DNA of 63,266 bases, counting the filler. It is 12 parts of 12 records of this genome, joined end to end, with 100 filler letters (N's around TTAATTAATTAA, not from the genome) between each part and the next. Parts side by side here need not be neighbours in the genome. Positions count along the whole stretch, not along the records: positions 45,073 to 53,440 come from SRR15195285_4205; positions 53,541 to 57,577 come from SRR15195285_4228; positions 57,678 to 63,266 come from SRR15195285_4229; 9 more parts are not named here. The stretch is one strand, 5' to 3'. The notes beneath the pieces were generated by a model that saw only the letters and a program-made list of their open reading frames with translations, had not been told where the DNA came from and did not search any database. Of this stretch, positions 48,301 through 58,646 are shown piece after piece. Position numbers and translations under genes: made by a program. Position 1 is the stretch's first letter; the number at the start of each line of letters is the position of its first letter.

Positions 48301-50315
48301 GCAAGCTGGCCGAACCACTGATGAAGCTGCCGGACCGTGCAAAATTCGCCGCTTACTATGACATAATTACAAAGCCAATCGACATGGGCATCATTCTCAG
48401 CCGCATCAAGAACGCAGAGTATCCAACCTGCCTCTCTTTCCGCAACGATGTGCAGCAGCTTTTCTTCAACGCACGCGCCACAGCTGGACGGGGCACGCCG
48501 TTGTGGGACGACCTCAACAAACTTGAGGACGTCGCGGTCAGGCTGCTGGCTAGGATGAGCAACAGGCTGCCTTATACTGAGGAGACGTGGCCTGAATGGA
48601 ACACCATCCCTCCCGAGCTGGCGGTGAAGTCAGCAGAGGATGGCACGATCTGTTCTATACTGTACGATGTTGATGACACAATTGCGCAAGTCAAAGCTAA
48701 GTGCGAGGGCGCGAGGAAGAATAAGCTCAAGTGCGACGGCCGACGCCTGATCTATAACGGTCAGACGTTGTTGGACGAACAGAGTATCTCTGACCTGGGC
48801 ATCGAAGTCGGTACACAGCTGCGGCTGGAGCCGTGGGTGGTCATCGAGTGGGCAGACTTGGAGGAGTTGGAAGCGGACAAACTCAGCGCGGCGTGGAAAG
48901 CAGCTGGAGAGAACGTTGACATTGAGGAGCGAGATGAAGGCAGCGTGACAGTGCGTTACGTCGCGAGAGAGACAATTGATCAAGTACTCTCCCGCGTTGC
49001 TGAGGAAGAGGGTGTGGCGCCGACCGTCAAGCAAACTCTACAGCTCATGGACGTGATAGATGACACCGCCGGTCTGCAGTCGGATACAACGCTCAAAGAG
49101 GCAGGTGTGCTGCCAGGAGGGACGCTGCGTATGGTCTGTGAGGTCCCACCAATTCCCGAGCCAGAACCGGACGAGATACTGGCAGCCACAAAAATCCAAG
49201 CGATTGCAAGGGGGTGGCGTGCACGACGTGCAATCGACTTCGTCCAGGCCACTGATTGCGATACACTAGAACAGGCTTGCTTCAAAGCTGTCATTCGCGA
49301 CGATGCCAAGGTCTTAGCCGTCCTCATTGGCCACGGTGCCGACCGTAATGCAACCAATCCTGCTGGGCACAGCATGTTGGAGCTAGCTCAGGAGCGCGGT
49401 CGGAAGCGGGTTGTTGCGTACCTAGAATCAGGCGACCTCGATTTTGATCCAGTTATGGCGGAGCAGCAGGCAAAAGAGGCAGCAGAGGCAGAGGCAGCGG
49501 AGGCGCGTGAGATGGAGGAGATTCTGCCAGAGGGCCAGCTCAAGGCAGTGATGGTCAGCGCGAAGAACCTGCGACAGCAGCAAGAGCAAGAACAACAGCA
49601 GTTGCAGGAGCAGCAACCGGAGGGAGACTCAGCGCTTGAGCCAACGATTCACTTGGACGAGAAGACGACCATTCTGCAGCAACAGCAGGAGCACCAGCGG
49701 GAGATGATGGAACGTCTACAGGACCCGCGTGTGCGAGAGGCAGTCTCGCTGGAAGCATTGCACTCACGACTTGCGGAGCACCGGCGCATCATGCAGTTGC
49801 ACAGTAGTGGCGGTTGGATGTCCTCGGGTGAGACTCCGCCGCCCGCTGGGTCTCCTGCGTCGATAATAGCAGGAGGTACAGACAGCACAACGGTATCACA
49901 ATCTACTTCGAAGGCACGGTCGGTGTCGTTTGGTCAGTCGAGCAGGCAGTGGAAAGAAGATGTCTCTGCAAACTTCACAGAGTGGCAGAGCAAAGGGGGG
50001 AAAGGAAGGCGGCGGCGAGAGAGGCCTCTCAAGCGGAAGCACATAGGCACGCTGGCTGCCCTGGTGGCTGAGCCACTGTTTCTCGTTCACGCAGAGCAAC
50101 CAGGTGTCCGCGGCGCCATGATCGATCCGAGCCGGGGCAATCGTGCAATGCACGAGGCAATGCGAGATGTGTACAGATGCGTCCCAAAGCCACGGCCACC
50201 GCGCAGCTTACCTGAGCCGATCCAGAATATGAAGGGCTTAGAGAACCTTTGGCACGAGGATTCTGGAAGTGTGCATGAAGCTCTGGCCAAACTAGAGCAA
50301 TCAGGCAGATTCTAA
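45333..50315 (+). CDS. 1660-aa multidomain protein: IQ motifs, SAM-like, ankyrin repeats, bromodomain, two ubiquitin-like domains, IQ, ankyrin
   Basis: MGGGASK start; AATxIQAxxRG repeats; TAFFLACQEG, TPFIIAAHEG, TPMYIAAYRG; YYDIITKPIDM..FFNA; DTIAQVK..RLIYNGQTL..ISDLGI. Single uninterrupted ORF. Confidence 0.88.
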   Translation: MGGGASKRKLMAEELSQRTTVIDAETQDIVAADMLRRKKKRCALALQVGYRGYKGRVRAREQREVLEKWAEELVRHPHHPLDGPMPDFYWRHTLRKDLKPRWDARPGCIRRALEHRAATRIQAKVRSIQTRQENVRRQDAALMIQRLQRGKSTRNYHGVKKRAATAIQAGWRGHIGRRRWFWHLEYRSATRLQAVCRMWSGGTGGWRCIKSALLVQRRYRYIRLNGNWAAAMLVRKKLRCIQVIQRMFRGYLCRIARKRIALEDNKMVRALLEDAGLSRMWSKWGDVFARPGSAYSGQFVRGDVPGLRPDGLPTQLYGGWSMTYDQMLDLRENQLGGMGLLLEPIPSLGIPKMPRVEWGMTSADRARLLGKIKPAKRAWIKNKHQWKAKEAAKKRAAEQKRLDAAATKIQARHRGMMGRRRHAKLAEEARLARVPGWSKLKKVERKHVVETVTQGAMTETALRAAARRGDRRAILEILETPHIKVDSGDENERTAFFLACQEGKAEIAKILLKAGADPEKRDHDNATPFIIAAHEGQMNVVRWLAEDVRVNTHAVEDSSGCNGFLMACYTGMMPVIEYIAEKIGVDVTCCAANGATPMYIAAYRGNLRLAKYLHRLRFNWKTPAKKEDLNGELTLDGFTPLEVAERQGHTRLVDFFKMLRAKEEKKLWDQQEKLRQEEEDKKRQEKKFHVPGISDLGLSRAEIRAIDMWLKAEDLNPFGDDKDHVYVKTFKGEFIKSEIPNGYTMDKASRLRYILKENTIKPWAKYRAEADKLSGDIESAWRKGKTAFQFGKRAADDDRLANTMQALQEELGLGVEHRGRPWEPGDPEGDDENAPKHIADQAFQCVVDCPANRPGQYPTRLDAVAGGHLRDTAGSDEPVSYLEKIDIACRAINRQAEWNGREDWIAKGGRTAGDLAQAAYAVWQAVEQMEEQEFHTEDDELDDATAEANAASAGPGINAARGAKLWSKGGKAIVSTARMAALARPKGPPRKLAEPLMKLPDRAKFAAYYDIITKPIDMGIILSRIKNAEYPTCLSFRNDVQQLFFNARATAGRGTPLWDDLNKLEDVAVRLLARMSNRLPYTEETWPEWNTIPPELAVKSAEDGTICSILYDVDDTIAQVKAKCEGARKNKLKCDGRRLIYNGQTLLDEQSISDLGIEVGTQLRLEPWVVIEWADLEELEADKLSAAWKAAGENVDIEERDEGSVTVRYVARETIDQVLSRVAEEEGVAPTVKQTLQLMDVIDDTAGLQSDTTLKEAGVLPGGTLRMVCEVPPIPEPEPDEILAATKIQAIARGWRARRAIDFVQATDCDTLEQACFKAVIRDDAKVLAVLIGHGADRNATNPAGHSMLELAQERGRKRVVAYLESGDLDFDPVMAEQQAKEAAEAEAAEAREMEEILPEGQLKAVMVSAKNLRQQQEQEQQQLQEQQPEGDSALEPTIHLDEKTTILQQQQEHQREMMERLQDPRVREAVSLEALHSRLAEHRRIMQLHSSGGWMSSGETPPPAGSPASIIAGGTDSTTVSQSTSKARSVSFGQSSRQWKEDVSANFTEWQSKGGKGRRRRERPLKRKHIGTLAALVAEPLFLVHAEQPGVRGAMIDPSRGNRAMHEAMRDVYRCVPKPRPPRSLPEPIQNMKGLENLWHEDSGSVHEALAKLEQSGRF

Positions 50316-50541
50316 TGACGGCTCAGACTACCTCAAGACTCTGCTACCAGTGCATGCATACTCAGATGGATTGTATGATTAGCAAGACAACGATGCTGTA
50401 CAGTGTATTGGTATGATTGTATCGCACCCAGTTCAATTTAATCTACACTGACAAGCTCTCCGTCCACTAGACTCTCCCGTAGTCACCTTCCACTGTGTCA
50501 TCTCAACATCCCAGTTGGACACATCGTCGTGGTAAGCAAAC

Positions 50542-53440
50542 TCACAGCGGAAACTCATAGTGCACTGCGTTATGCTCGATCGCTGGCTGGTGATGATGAG
50601 CAGGCTCTCCCCTGTCCTCGTGGACGTAGCTCTGTGTCGTAAATGACGACCGCATGTGCCAGCCTTTGGTGTGATCGAGCTCTGAATCGATCCGAATGAC
50701 CTGAAAGTGCCGAGGGGCAATCGTGTCGACTGTCTGTCGGTCTCCACGGCTGCAAGTGAGGTTGTTGCCCCCGCAATCGTATTCGACGCGAGCAGTTCTG
50801 ATATGATGCTGGTTTTCAACCACCGCCAGCAAGACGTTGTCCTTGAGAGTATGCAAGATGATGTCCAGGCCCGGACCTTCAGACCCACGGATCTTGGTTG
50901 ATTTCGTGCGCTCTCCACCACCCTTCGCTCGCAGAAGTAGGCAGCGTGCCACCTCAGCAGGACTCAGTGATACCGTTGTCGCCTGCACGGCCGAGCTAGA
51001 GTACAGCACCAGCGCTGCAGCGAGTCTGTCGCAGATCGAAGGATCACAGGCACGGCAGAAGCCTCCCAGAGGCAAAAGCAGGTGTGATGTCCCACCACGC
51101 ACGCCTGGGGTCTCTAGCGAGACTGCCGAAGAGTTTCCTCTGCGTCCTCCAGCAACAAGCTCCCACCCTCGAGCACCTTGTGGCGTTGGGTCTGGGGTGT
51201 GGATAAGTGTCAAGCACAGATCCGCATACGCACCAAGACCGATCGATCGATCGTACAGTTCGCCACCTTCGCGTCCACTGGGTTGAAACAGCATGAATTC
51301 CATCCAGCTTCGCTCAGCCACGCAAGTCAGCGACACTGCACGAAAATCTTGTCCTCCTCTGGTCGGCCGCGGCATTGGAAGTATCTTGCGGTGCTCGTAC
51401 CAGCCTTCTCTGACCTGGAAGTCAACGAAAACGCAATCGCACAATCTCTCACCACAATTGAACTGAATCACATGCCATTTGAACATTTATCACCGTCTTG
51501 CCGCATGCCAATGCAGAAATTCGAGACTACAACAGTGGTCCATCTCACCTTGCAAAACTCGAGTCCTGAAAGTCAACAAGCACACCAGAACGCGTTTAGG
51601 AAGGATTGATTTGAATCACAGGCCATTTAACAAAACTAGTATATCCCCATCACGCTGCATGCCGATACGAGTTCAAGACTATTCATCGAATACAACAGAG
51701 GTCCATCTGATCTACACAGGATTCAGCCAGTCTGAGCAGGCACTTGTAATTCGATGGCATCGATAATGGCGCACGCGTGAAGTTCCGCAGGAGGTCATCA
51801 TAGTGGATGCAGAACACGCCGTCATCTGCCGACGGGTCGTGATCACACTCGGTTTGAAGTGTACGCGCAATAGCTGGATCGCGCGCCGCTGCGTCGTCTG
51901 ACCATCTGCCATTCCACTACACGCAAGCAACCACCAAGTAAACAATCATACTCAACCAATCCCAGCTGATATCATCGATAGTGATAGCAACGGTCAGGAG
52001 AGCAGTGAGTAGAGAGCATCACTGCCTCGGCAGCAGCCAGACCCATGTATTCATTCACCTCGCGGCGCCCCCAGGGGTTTCGTAGCTTTACTAGTCTATC
52101 ACCAGAGCGAAGTGTGTAGACCTGCAGCAGGGAGTACGCGTGCCCTAACACAATGCCACGTATCTTCGCAGCCTCGGCTTCAGGAGACCTATCATCACCT
52201 GTTCCACCAAGCAACATACCACACATACCAGATTTCAGGTTTGATTAGGCTGAGATCCACTCGGATCAGACTGTGACTTACTGAGCGAGCTGACCCCCAT
52301 GAGGAATCCCTTGCCCTGACCCGCCACGACCTTCGCCCAGAGCAGCTCAGTGTCTACTGGAGGGCCATCATCATTAGACAACAGCTGCAGTCGTTCTGTC
52401 TCGCAGGCCGCTCCGGTAAGGGTACTTAGCGCTTCCGTTATGCGGCCAGACTCGATGGCCGCATAAGACCCATGCAGCTTGGCGTAAGCCTTTTCAATCA
52501 AAGCAACCCACAGCGCACCACGTCTCGCCTCTGAGAAAGCAAGCGTCCCACTCGAACATGGGAAGTAATCGTCAATGATCACTGATTGCCATACACCATC
52601 CTTACAGAGCTTTACACCGTATGCACCTCGGTCATTGAGCCGGTCCGAGATCATAATATCTCGAAGCAGCTGTGGGCGTTCTGCAAGCACCGCCAAGGCT
52701 GAAATCAGCCAACAGTCGCCGAGCATCCCTTGGGAGACGTCACTAGGGCGTGGGTCGCCATTGAAGACATGCCACGCCAGGCCCTGTCGTGAGCGGCGCG
52801 CGTCAAGATCCTGGGCGCGTGCCCAGCTGATTGCGGCAGCGCGGCTCTGCCTGTGCTGATTTCTACCAGAGTCGAGTTGACCGAGCGAGGCGCGGCACGG
52901 CGGAAAGTCTCGGTCAACGAAGTGCTCAGTGTGCGTGGCCAGCATGTGGTGGTTGATCTCAGAAAGCTTCGTGCGTACCTGCTCCGCGCGATATTAGTAC
53001 ATATCAGTATAATCGCCTGTCGAGTTTTGCTTGCATATTGCTTCCATCCGTCCCTGGTTGTTTTCACTAATATTGAACGGAGTACATACAACTGCGCTGC
53101 TCATCCGGGCTAGCTCAGTGCTTGGCTGCGAGCTTCCACCGTGGTGAGGTCTCAGTCGCCGTCCAGCTGCTGCCTCTCCGCCACCTGCTCCACCGTCCAT
53201 GCTTGATGATGGGGGCAAAATGGCAGCGCGGAGGGAGGCAATATCAGCTTCCAGATTCGCAAGCTCATCGTCTCCAACGCCACTACCACGGAGCATTGCC
53301 AGTGTAGCCTCTTGCTCTGCAATCCGTCTCCTGATCGTTTCTTCGGAAGTTGTGCTCGGCCGCATCGGAGCGGAAGGTGGCGCGGCTGGAACAATCTGTA
53401 GTGGAGCAGAAGCGGGAGCAAGCTCCGACAGCTCGCGCCG
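50542..53440 (-). CDS. Calpain cysteine protease, SOL/calpain-15-like (5' truncated, multi-exon including a 17-nt micro-exon)
   Basis: FVDRDFPP; catalytic QGMLGDCW, GHAYSLL, RNPWG; LWVALIEKAYAKLHGSY; C-terminal SRG..TVDTIAP..QVI resembling the SOL-homology domain. Confidence 0.9.
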
Positions 53441-53540
53441 NNNNNNNNNNNNNNNNNNNNNNNNNNNNNNNNNNNNNNNNNNNNTTAATTAATTAANNNN
53501 NNNNNNNNNNNNNNNNNNNNNNNNNNNNNNNNNNNNNNNN
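53441..53540. other. Artificial contig linker
   Basis: N44-TTAATTAATTAA-N44. Confidence 0.99.
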
Positions 53541-53750
53541 CAGCCGCGACACGGGGGCGCGCCGCGAGTCCTCGAACAGGTCCTGCACGTCGACGGCGGG
53601 AGCCCGTGGCTGAGGCTGCAGGTTCGCGCAGACGGAAGGGTTCGCGTACAGGACGTTGCCCCTCTCGCTAGAGTACATGTTACCCAGTTGCTCGCCAGAT
53701 AGCAGCGATTGACCGGACGCCACTACGGTACATCACTGCAGCCGAGGACG

Positions 53751-56700
53751 ATGGAGCGAGGAGCCGTACCGACGCAGTTCGGACGGTGCCACTGTGGATT
53801 CGGCTGTAGCACCGTGAGCCACCGAGACCGTCCCCGGGCTGTTGCGCCTACGGGCTGGCTGCGGGCGCTATTGGGCGCAGCGCTGATTTGTCGAACGACC
53901 GACGCCAGCGGATTCCCGTGCGATCCCGAGAACGAGTGGGTGGAACTGACATGGCGGTCAACGCAGGCAGCGACGTGTCACGACTGCTTCGATTGCTCGG
54001 TGGGGCAAGTGTGCCGGCAACGGGGTGGCTGCTTCAACTGTACAGCTGGTGAGTATGATGACGATGGCAACCCAGTGACGCCGTGTGTCGCATGCCCTGA
54101 GGGGAAGACATCTGAGGTGGCGGCGGGAGAAGAGGGCTGCCACGAGATTGACATGGATATCTGGGATGCCGTCGTTGACGGGTGGACGAAGCTGGATACT
54201 GCGATGCAGCTTCTCATCGGAGGCTCTCTCAGTGCGGTTGTGGCTGCGTGCTGCTTGTGGGTGTGCTGTCTTCGTTGTGAGGGCGGAGTCACAGGCGAGG
54301 GTGGACTCTGTGACTTGCTCCAAGATGCCCTGTGTGGAGAATCAGACGCAGAAAAGGCAGCAGAGATAGAGGCCGCGGCGATGGTCAAAGCGGCGCGAGA
54401 TGCCGCGCATATTAAGCGAGGAGAGCCGGTCTCTTCAGAGGATGACGACGAGGAGATGGGACCTTCGGTGGGGACACAGCGAAATGATCAGGTTCTTCCA
54501 GACACAGTCAGTCTGATCCACGGCGATGTGCCGTCAGACGAATCTGCACAAGTTTCCACCTTGGGGAAACGTTGTCATCGCTTGTCGTGCTGCTACTGGA
54601 AAGGCGGCGAGAACAACGCTTCCCCGGATGGAAACGCATACGACCTGATTCCCGATGGGGAGATGCCTGCCGCGGCAGTTGACCGTGTGAGGGTGATTAC
54701 GCAGCTCAATTCGGAGGAGCCGGAACCTGAAGCCGAGCTGGAACCAGAGCCAAAACCACGGACTGAGCCGGAGCCCGAGCCAGAAGAGCCACGGTCGGCG
54801 CCGGAAGCAGATCAAGCGGCGCGTCTTCGCAAGGCCACGTCGCTTCCGCATCCTGAACCCGAGCCCGAACTCCTGCCAGACACTGAGCACCCCTTCAAGT
54901 CGTGTCTCGACAGACCGTACGTGCAGAAGGAGTTGCGGTGGGCACAGCAGTATCAGAAGAAAGTAATTGTCGTCTTTGAGAAGGATGAACGCCGCGCTGG
55001 CTTTTTCGACCATGGTAAAGCCAGGTACAAGTACAAGGGCACAGAGTGGGAGTACATACTGGATATCGATGCGATTCCGTACCAGAGGGATGATGACTAC
55101 GCAGATGTGATGGTTGCCAAGATCATCAAGAAAGCAGCCAGGGCGGTGGGCGTGGCGACCCCACCGTCAATGAACGAGCCTGGCTGGTGGGATTTTTTTC
55201 TCAGCCATGCGCAGGCGACCGGTGGTGACCAGTCCCAGACGACATCCCTTCGGTTGAAGGCCAAGGGTAAAACGGTGTGGTACGATAACGCCATGCAGGA
55301 TCGCAGCACGGGCGCGATGGAAGAGGGAGTGCGGTGCTGCGGCTGTGTGGTCTTGTTTCTGACCGGCACACCAGATGAAGCCGACGCGTCGCCAGCTGAT
55401 GCGGAGACAGTACCGGAGCCAGAGCCGGCGGCAGTTGAGATATTACCCAAGGATGATCAGGCGACGCGTGACGAGGTTTATGTTGCTTTCCGCGAGGGTG
55501 GCGCTGAGTGGGGTCAGCAGCTCCAGAGCCAGCTTCTCATACCACACGGCGGGCTGCCGCTAGAGCTGCCACCTGGCATCAGGGTTGTGGTGACAGTGCT
55601 GTTGGACGCCGAAGCTCCGCTGCTGAAGCATGCAGAAGATCCGCTGCGGCAGCTGCTGGCGCGGATATTTCACCCGGATTCGCGGCTCATCGTAGTGCCA
55701 GTCGTCGACGCTGCTTTCACTGTCGACCACTTCGACGGCTTGCCAGACGAGATTCGTGCGCTGGCGAGGCAGCAGCTTGTGGTGATGGATGCTGCACGCC
55801 CAGAGCAGGCGATCCAGAGCATCCAGACCAGCACCCGGCACGCTCGGACTGAACACATTTCGGCAACACTGCGCAATTACCTTGACACGGTCATCAAGGA
55901 GACGGAGAGTTTCAGAGATCCATGCACACAAGAAGAACTGAGTACCGAGACTCAGTGCGTGCCACTGCGGGCGATCACGCTGAAGCAGTGGTCTGATTCG
56001 ATGAAGAGCGCGTACGAGCGGAGCGATGCGAGTGATCTGATGATCATTCGGCGGCGGCACGGCTACGGAGACTCGGTCGGATATGCCGACCGGCTAGGCG
56101 GCAACGGCGACAGAGAGCACCGTGAGGCGGACGTCCACTTTGCAGAGGCCAAGCGGTCATCGACCGAGGTGGATCTGATGCCAGGGGCGGTGATCCTCGG
56201 ACCTGCTGCCTGCGGCAAAACCACGCTGTTGAACCGTACCGCCTGTGGCTACGCGCGTGACGCGCTGTGCGGCTACTTGGGTGCGCTCGTGCCGTACGTG
56301 ATCCGTGTCATGGAGCTGTCATCGTGGCTGATCAAGAATGACGCCAGACTACTGGAGGAAGCGGACATAATTTTAGAGTTCATCTGCCACAAGTGCGGAG
56401 GCAAACGCTCAGGCCTGTATTCTCAGCTGGAGCAGCTCTTCGAGGACGGCAACCTGTGTCTCATCTTCGATGGCTTAGATGAGGCGGGGAAGAAGCTGCA
56501 AGAGATCGGCACGTGTATTGGTGTGACACTAGGGAACAGCTACTCCGGTAGGCTCATCGTGTCCAGCCGCGAGTCGCTTTTCGATGAAGGCCACTTTAAG
56601 CAAAGTCGCTGGAATTTCCTGCAAATTCAGCCACTGACAGAGCGCATGCAGCTCGATGTCCTGCAGCGGCGATTTGGCGGGGATGTGCTGAAGGTATCTG

Positions 56701-57577
56701 CCTTTCAGGAAGCACAGGCCCACTCGGTGAATCTGCTCGAAATGGGATCGAATCCGCTGCTGCTGGCATTGATGATCGGAGTCTTTATCATCGATAAGAA
56801 CAGATTACCCGACCGACGCACCGAGCTGTATGAAAAGGGAGTGCAGATGATGGTCCGGGGCGCTTCTCGGAACGCCAAAGCGGCTGCCGCCGTTCTGTCG
56901 CCAAGCAAGCAGCCAAAGTCGAAAGGCAGAGGCAGGGGCAGGGGCCGAGGGAAACGCAAGGCACCGAAGATGGATGTGCAGGACCAGACGCTCTTTGCAC
57001 TGCTCTCCAAGATCGGACACTACCTGCACGTGACAAAGCAAAAGCGTGACTTTCAGATCTTCGAGATCACCGAGCTGGTCGCAGACCTGGACTGGGATAC
57101 CGTGTCTGCTGAGCAAGTTTTGGATGCATGGACTGATTTGCAGACTAAACCCAGAGGTCTGTTTTTATGTACAGAGGTGGATCCAGATGGTGACGGCGAC
57201 GCCGAGAAGGACTGGCACCGCAGCACGCATCTCACCTTCCAGGAGTTCTTCGGCGCGAAGCAGTGCGTCACAGAAGCACGCGCAGCTGACTCGGTTGCTG
57301 ACTACTTCGAGGAGACTTTCACTGCGTCGCCAAATCCATGGCTGCGTGAGGTGCTGCTGATGGCGACCGAGATGCTCTCAGCAGACGAGTTTGAGCAGGT
57401 GGCAAAGTTCTACCTGGATGCAGACGACGGCAGCGGCGCATGCTCTGTGCGAGTCGATCAAATGCTGGAGAGTCGCAGGGAGGATCGTTCGAAAGGAGTG
57501 GGGGCACGCATCACCGCGCGACTGTCACAGACCCGGAGCGTTGAGACGATGGCCAAAGCACTGCGGCATCCATGTGA
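53751..57577 (+). CDS. Single-pass receptor-like protein: Cys-rich ectodomain, TM, TIR-like domains, NACHT NTPase (3' truncated)
   Basis: Ectodomain CTAGEY..CVACPEGKTS; TM LLIGGSLSAVVAACCLWVCC; TIR pieces RPYVQKELRWA..KVIVV and WDFFLSHAQ..VWYD..MEEGV; NACHT motifs GPAACGKTT, LIFDGLDE, VSSR, NPLLL, HLTFQEFFGA. Confidence 0.87.
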
Positions 57578-57677
57578 NNNNNNNNNNNNNNNNNNNNNNN
57601 NNNNNNNNNNNNNNNNNNNNNTTAATTAATTAANNNNNNNNNNNNNNNNNNNNNNNNNNNNNNNNNNNNNNNNNNNN
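57578..57677. other. Artificial contig linker
   Basis: N44-TTAATTAATTAA-N44. Confidence 0.99.
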
Positions 57678-58646
57678 GTACCGTGGGAGCCCGTCAATCG
57701 TGGTGCTTGGTGGTCTCTTTCTACTCCTCTCCGGTATTGCGTGCGAAGCATCGAACCAGCAGTGCTCCCTGAGCCTTCTGCACGCTCGTCCCTGCGTTGG
57801 TCCGCCGCAGTCCTCACGTCCGTTTGTCTCCCTTCGTTGTCCTCGCTGTCCCCAATGGTGCCTATCCTACGACTCGCTAGACCGCGCATCCATGCATGCA
57901 TCATAGTGCAGTGCCCAGGTTGTGCTCTGTTTGGTCTGTGACAGTCAATGACAATGTAGCGAAACGCATCATGGCGGGCGCGAAGTTTTCAGTCTCCATC
58001 CACATTTTGATTTCGAGGTACCGAGGACATCAAAGACAGCGAGTACCGTACATATGCGGGCACGAGTAGTGCTAGCGATGTAGTATATCGGGTCGCGCGC
58101 GGCGACCGACGACGCGCGGCGCGCGCGCGCGTATATCGCGCGTACGCGCGCGCGTGGACCGGGATACTAGATCTAGTACGGAGCCTCGTGACCCCGACGG
58201 CGAGAGAGATGGATACGGAGCGGAACTCGCTGCTCGGTGCACTTGGTGGGCGGCTTGCTCTCAGCAGCACTGCCTGCTGCAGCTTGCTCTGGGAGCGGAG
58301 CCTCGTCGATCGTCGTGCGCGAGTGTGCGTTTTTCAGCAGCTGCTGCCACAACACCAGGGATGTTCAAACCGTCTTGGACATCAGCCGAGCTGGCAGAGG
58401 CAGTGTGCAGCACGCTGTCGATGGGAGGTAAGTTGAGGGTCAGCGGGCGTTCAGAATTCGAGAGTCGCGAAGCGAAATTGACCCGGATTTTCAAGTCCGT
58501 CCACTCTCCACCACTCGTTACCCGTAGGCTAGTATCTGTGGCCGTTTGGCGCTGTGGCCAGATGCACTCGTAGCATGATGCTCGAATCGTAGTGATGCTC
58601 CAGCGCGTATGTGTGACTCAGCGACATTGGCCTTGATGGCGCAAAG

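Noticed and set aside
53541-53723. Short minus-strand ORF running into the linker
   Set aside because: It may be the start of a divergent gene, but it is too short and motif-free to support.
3773-57677. Regularly recurring TTAATTAATTAA within N runs, read as a repeat array, CRISPR or piggyBac TTAA sites
   Set aside because: Identical 100-bp synthetic contig spacer, not biological.
58614-58616. In-frame TGA upstream of the COG0523 ORF as another Sec codon
   Set aside because: It lies just before a plausible CTCAG acceptor, so it is probably intronic. No redox motif context.
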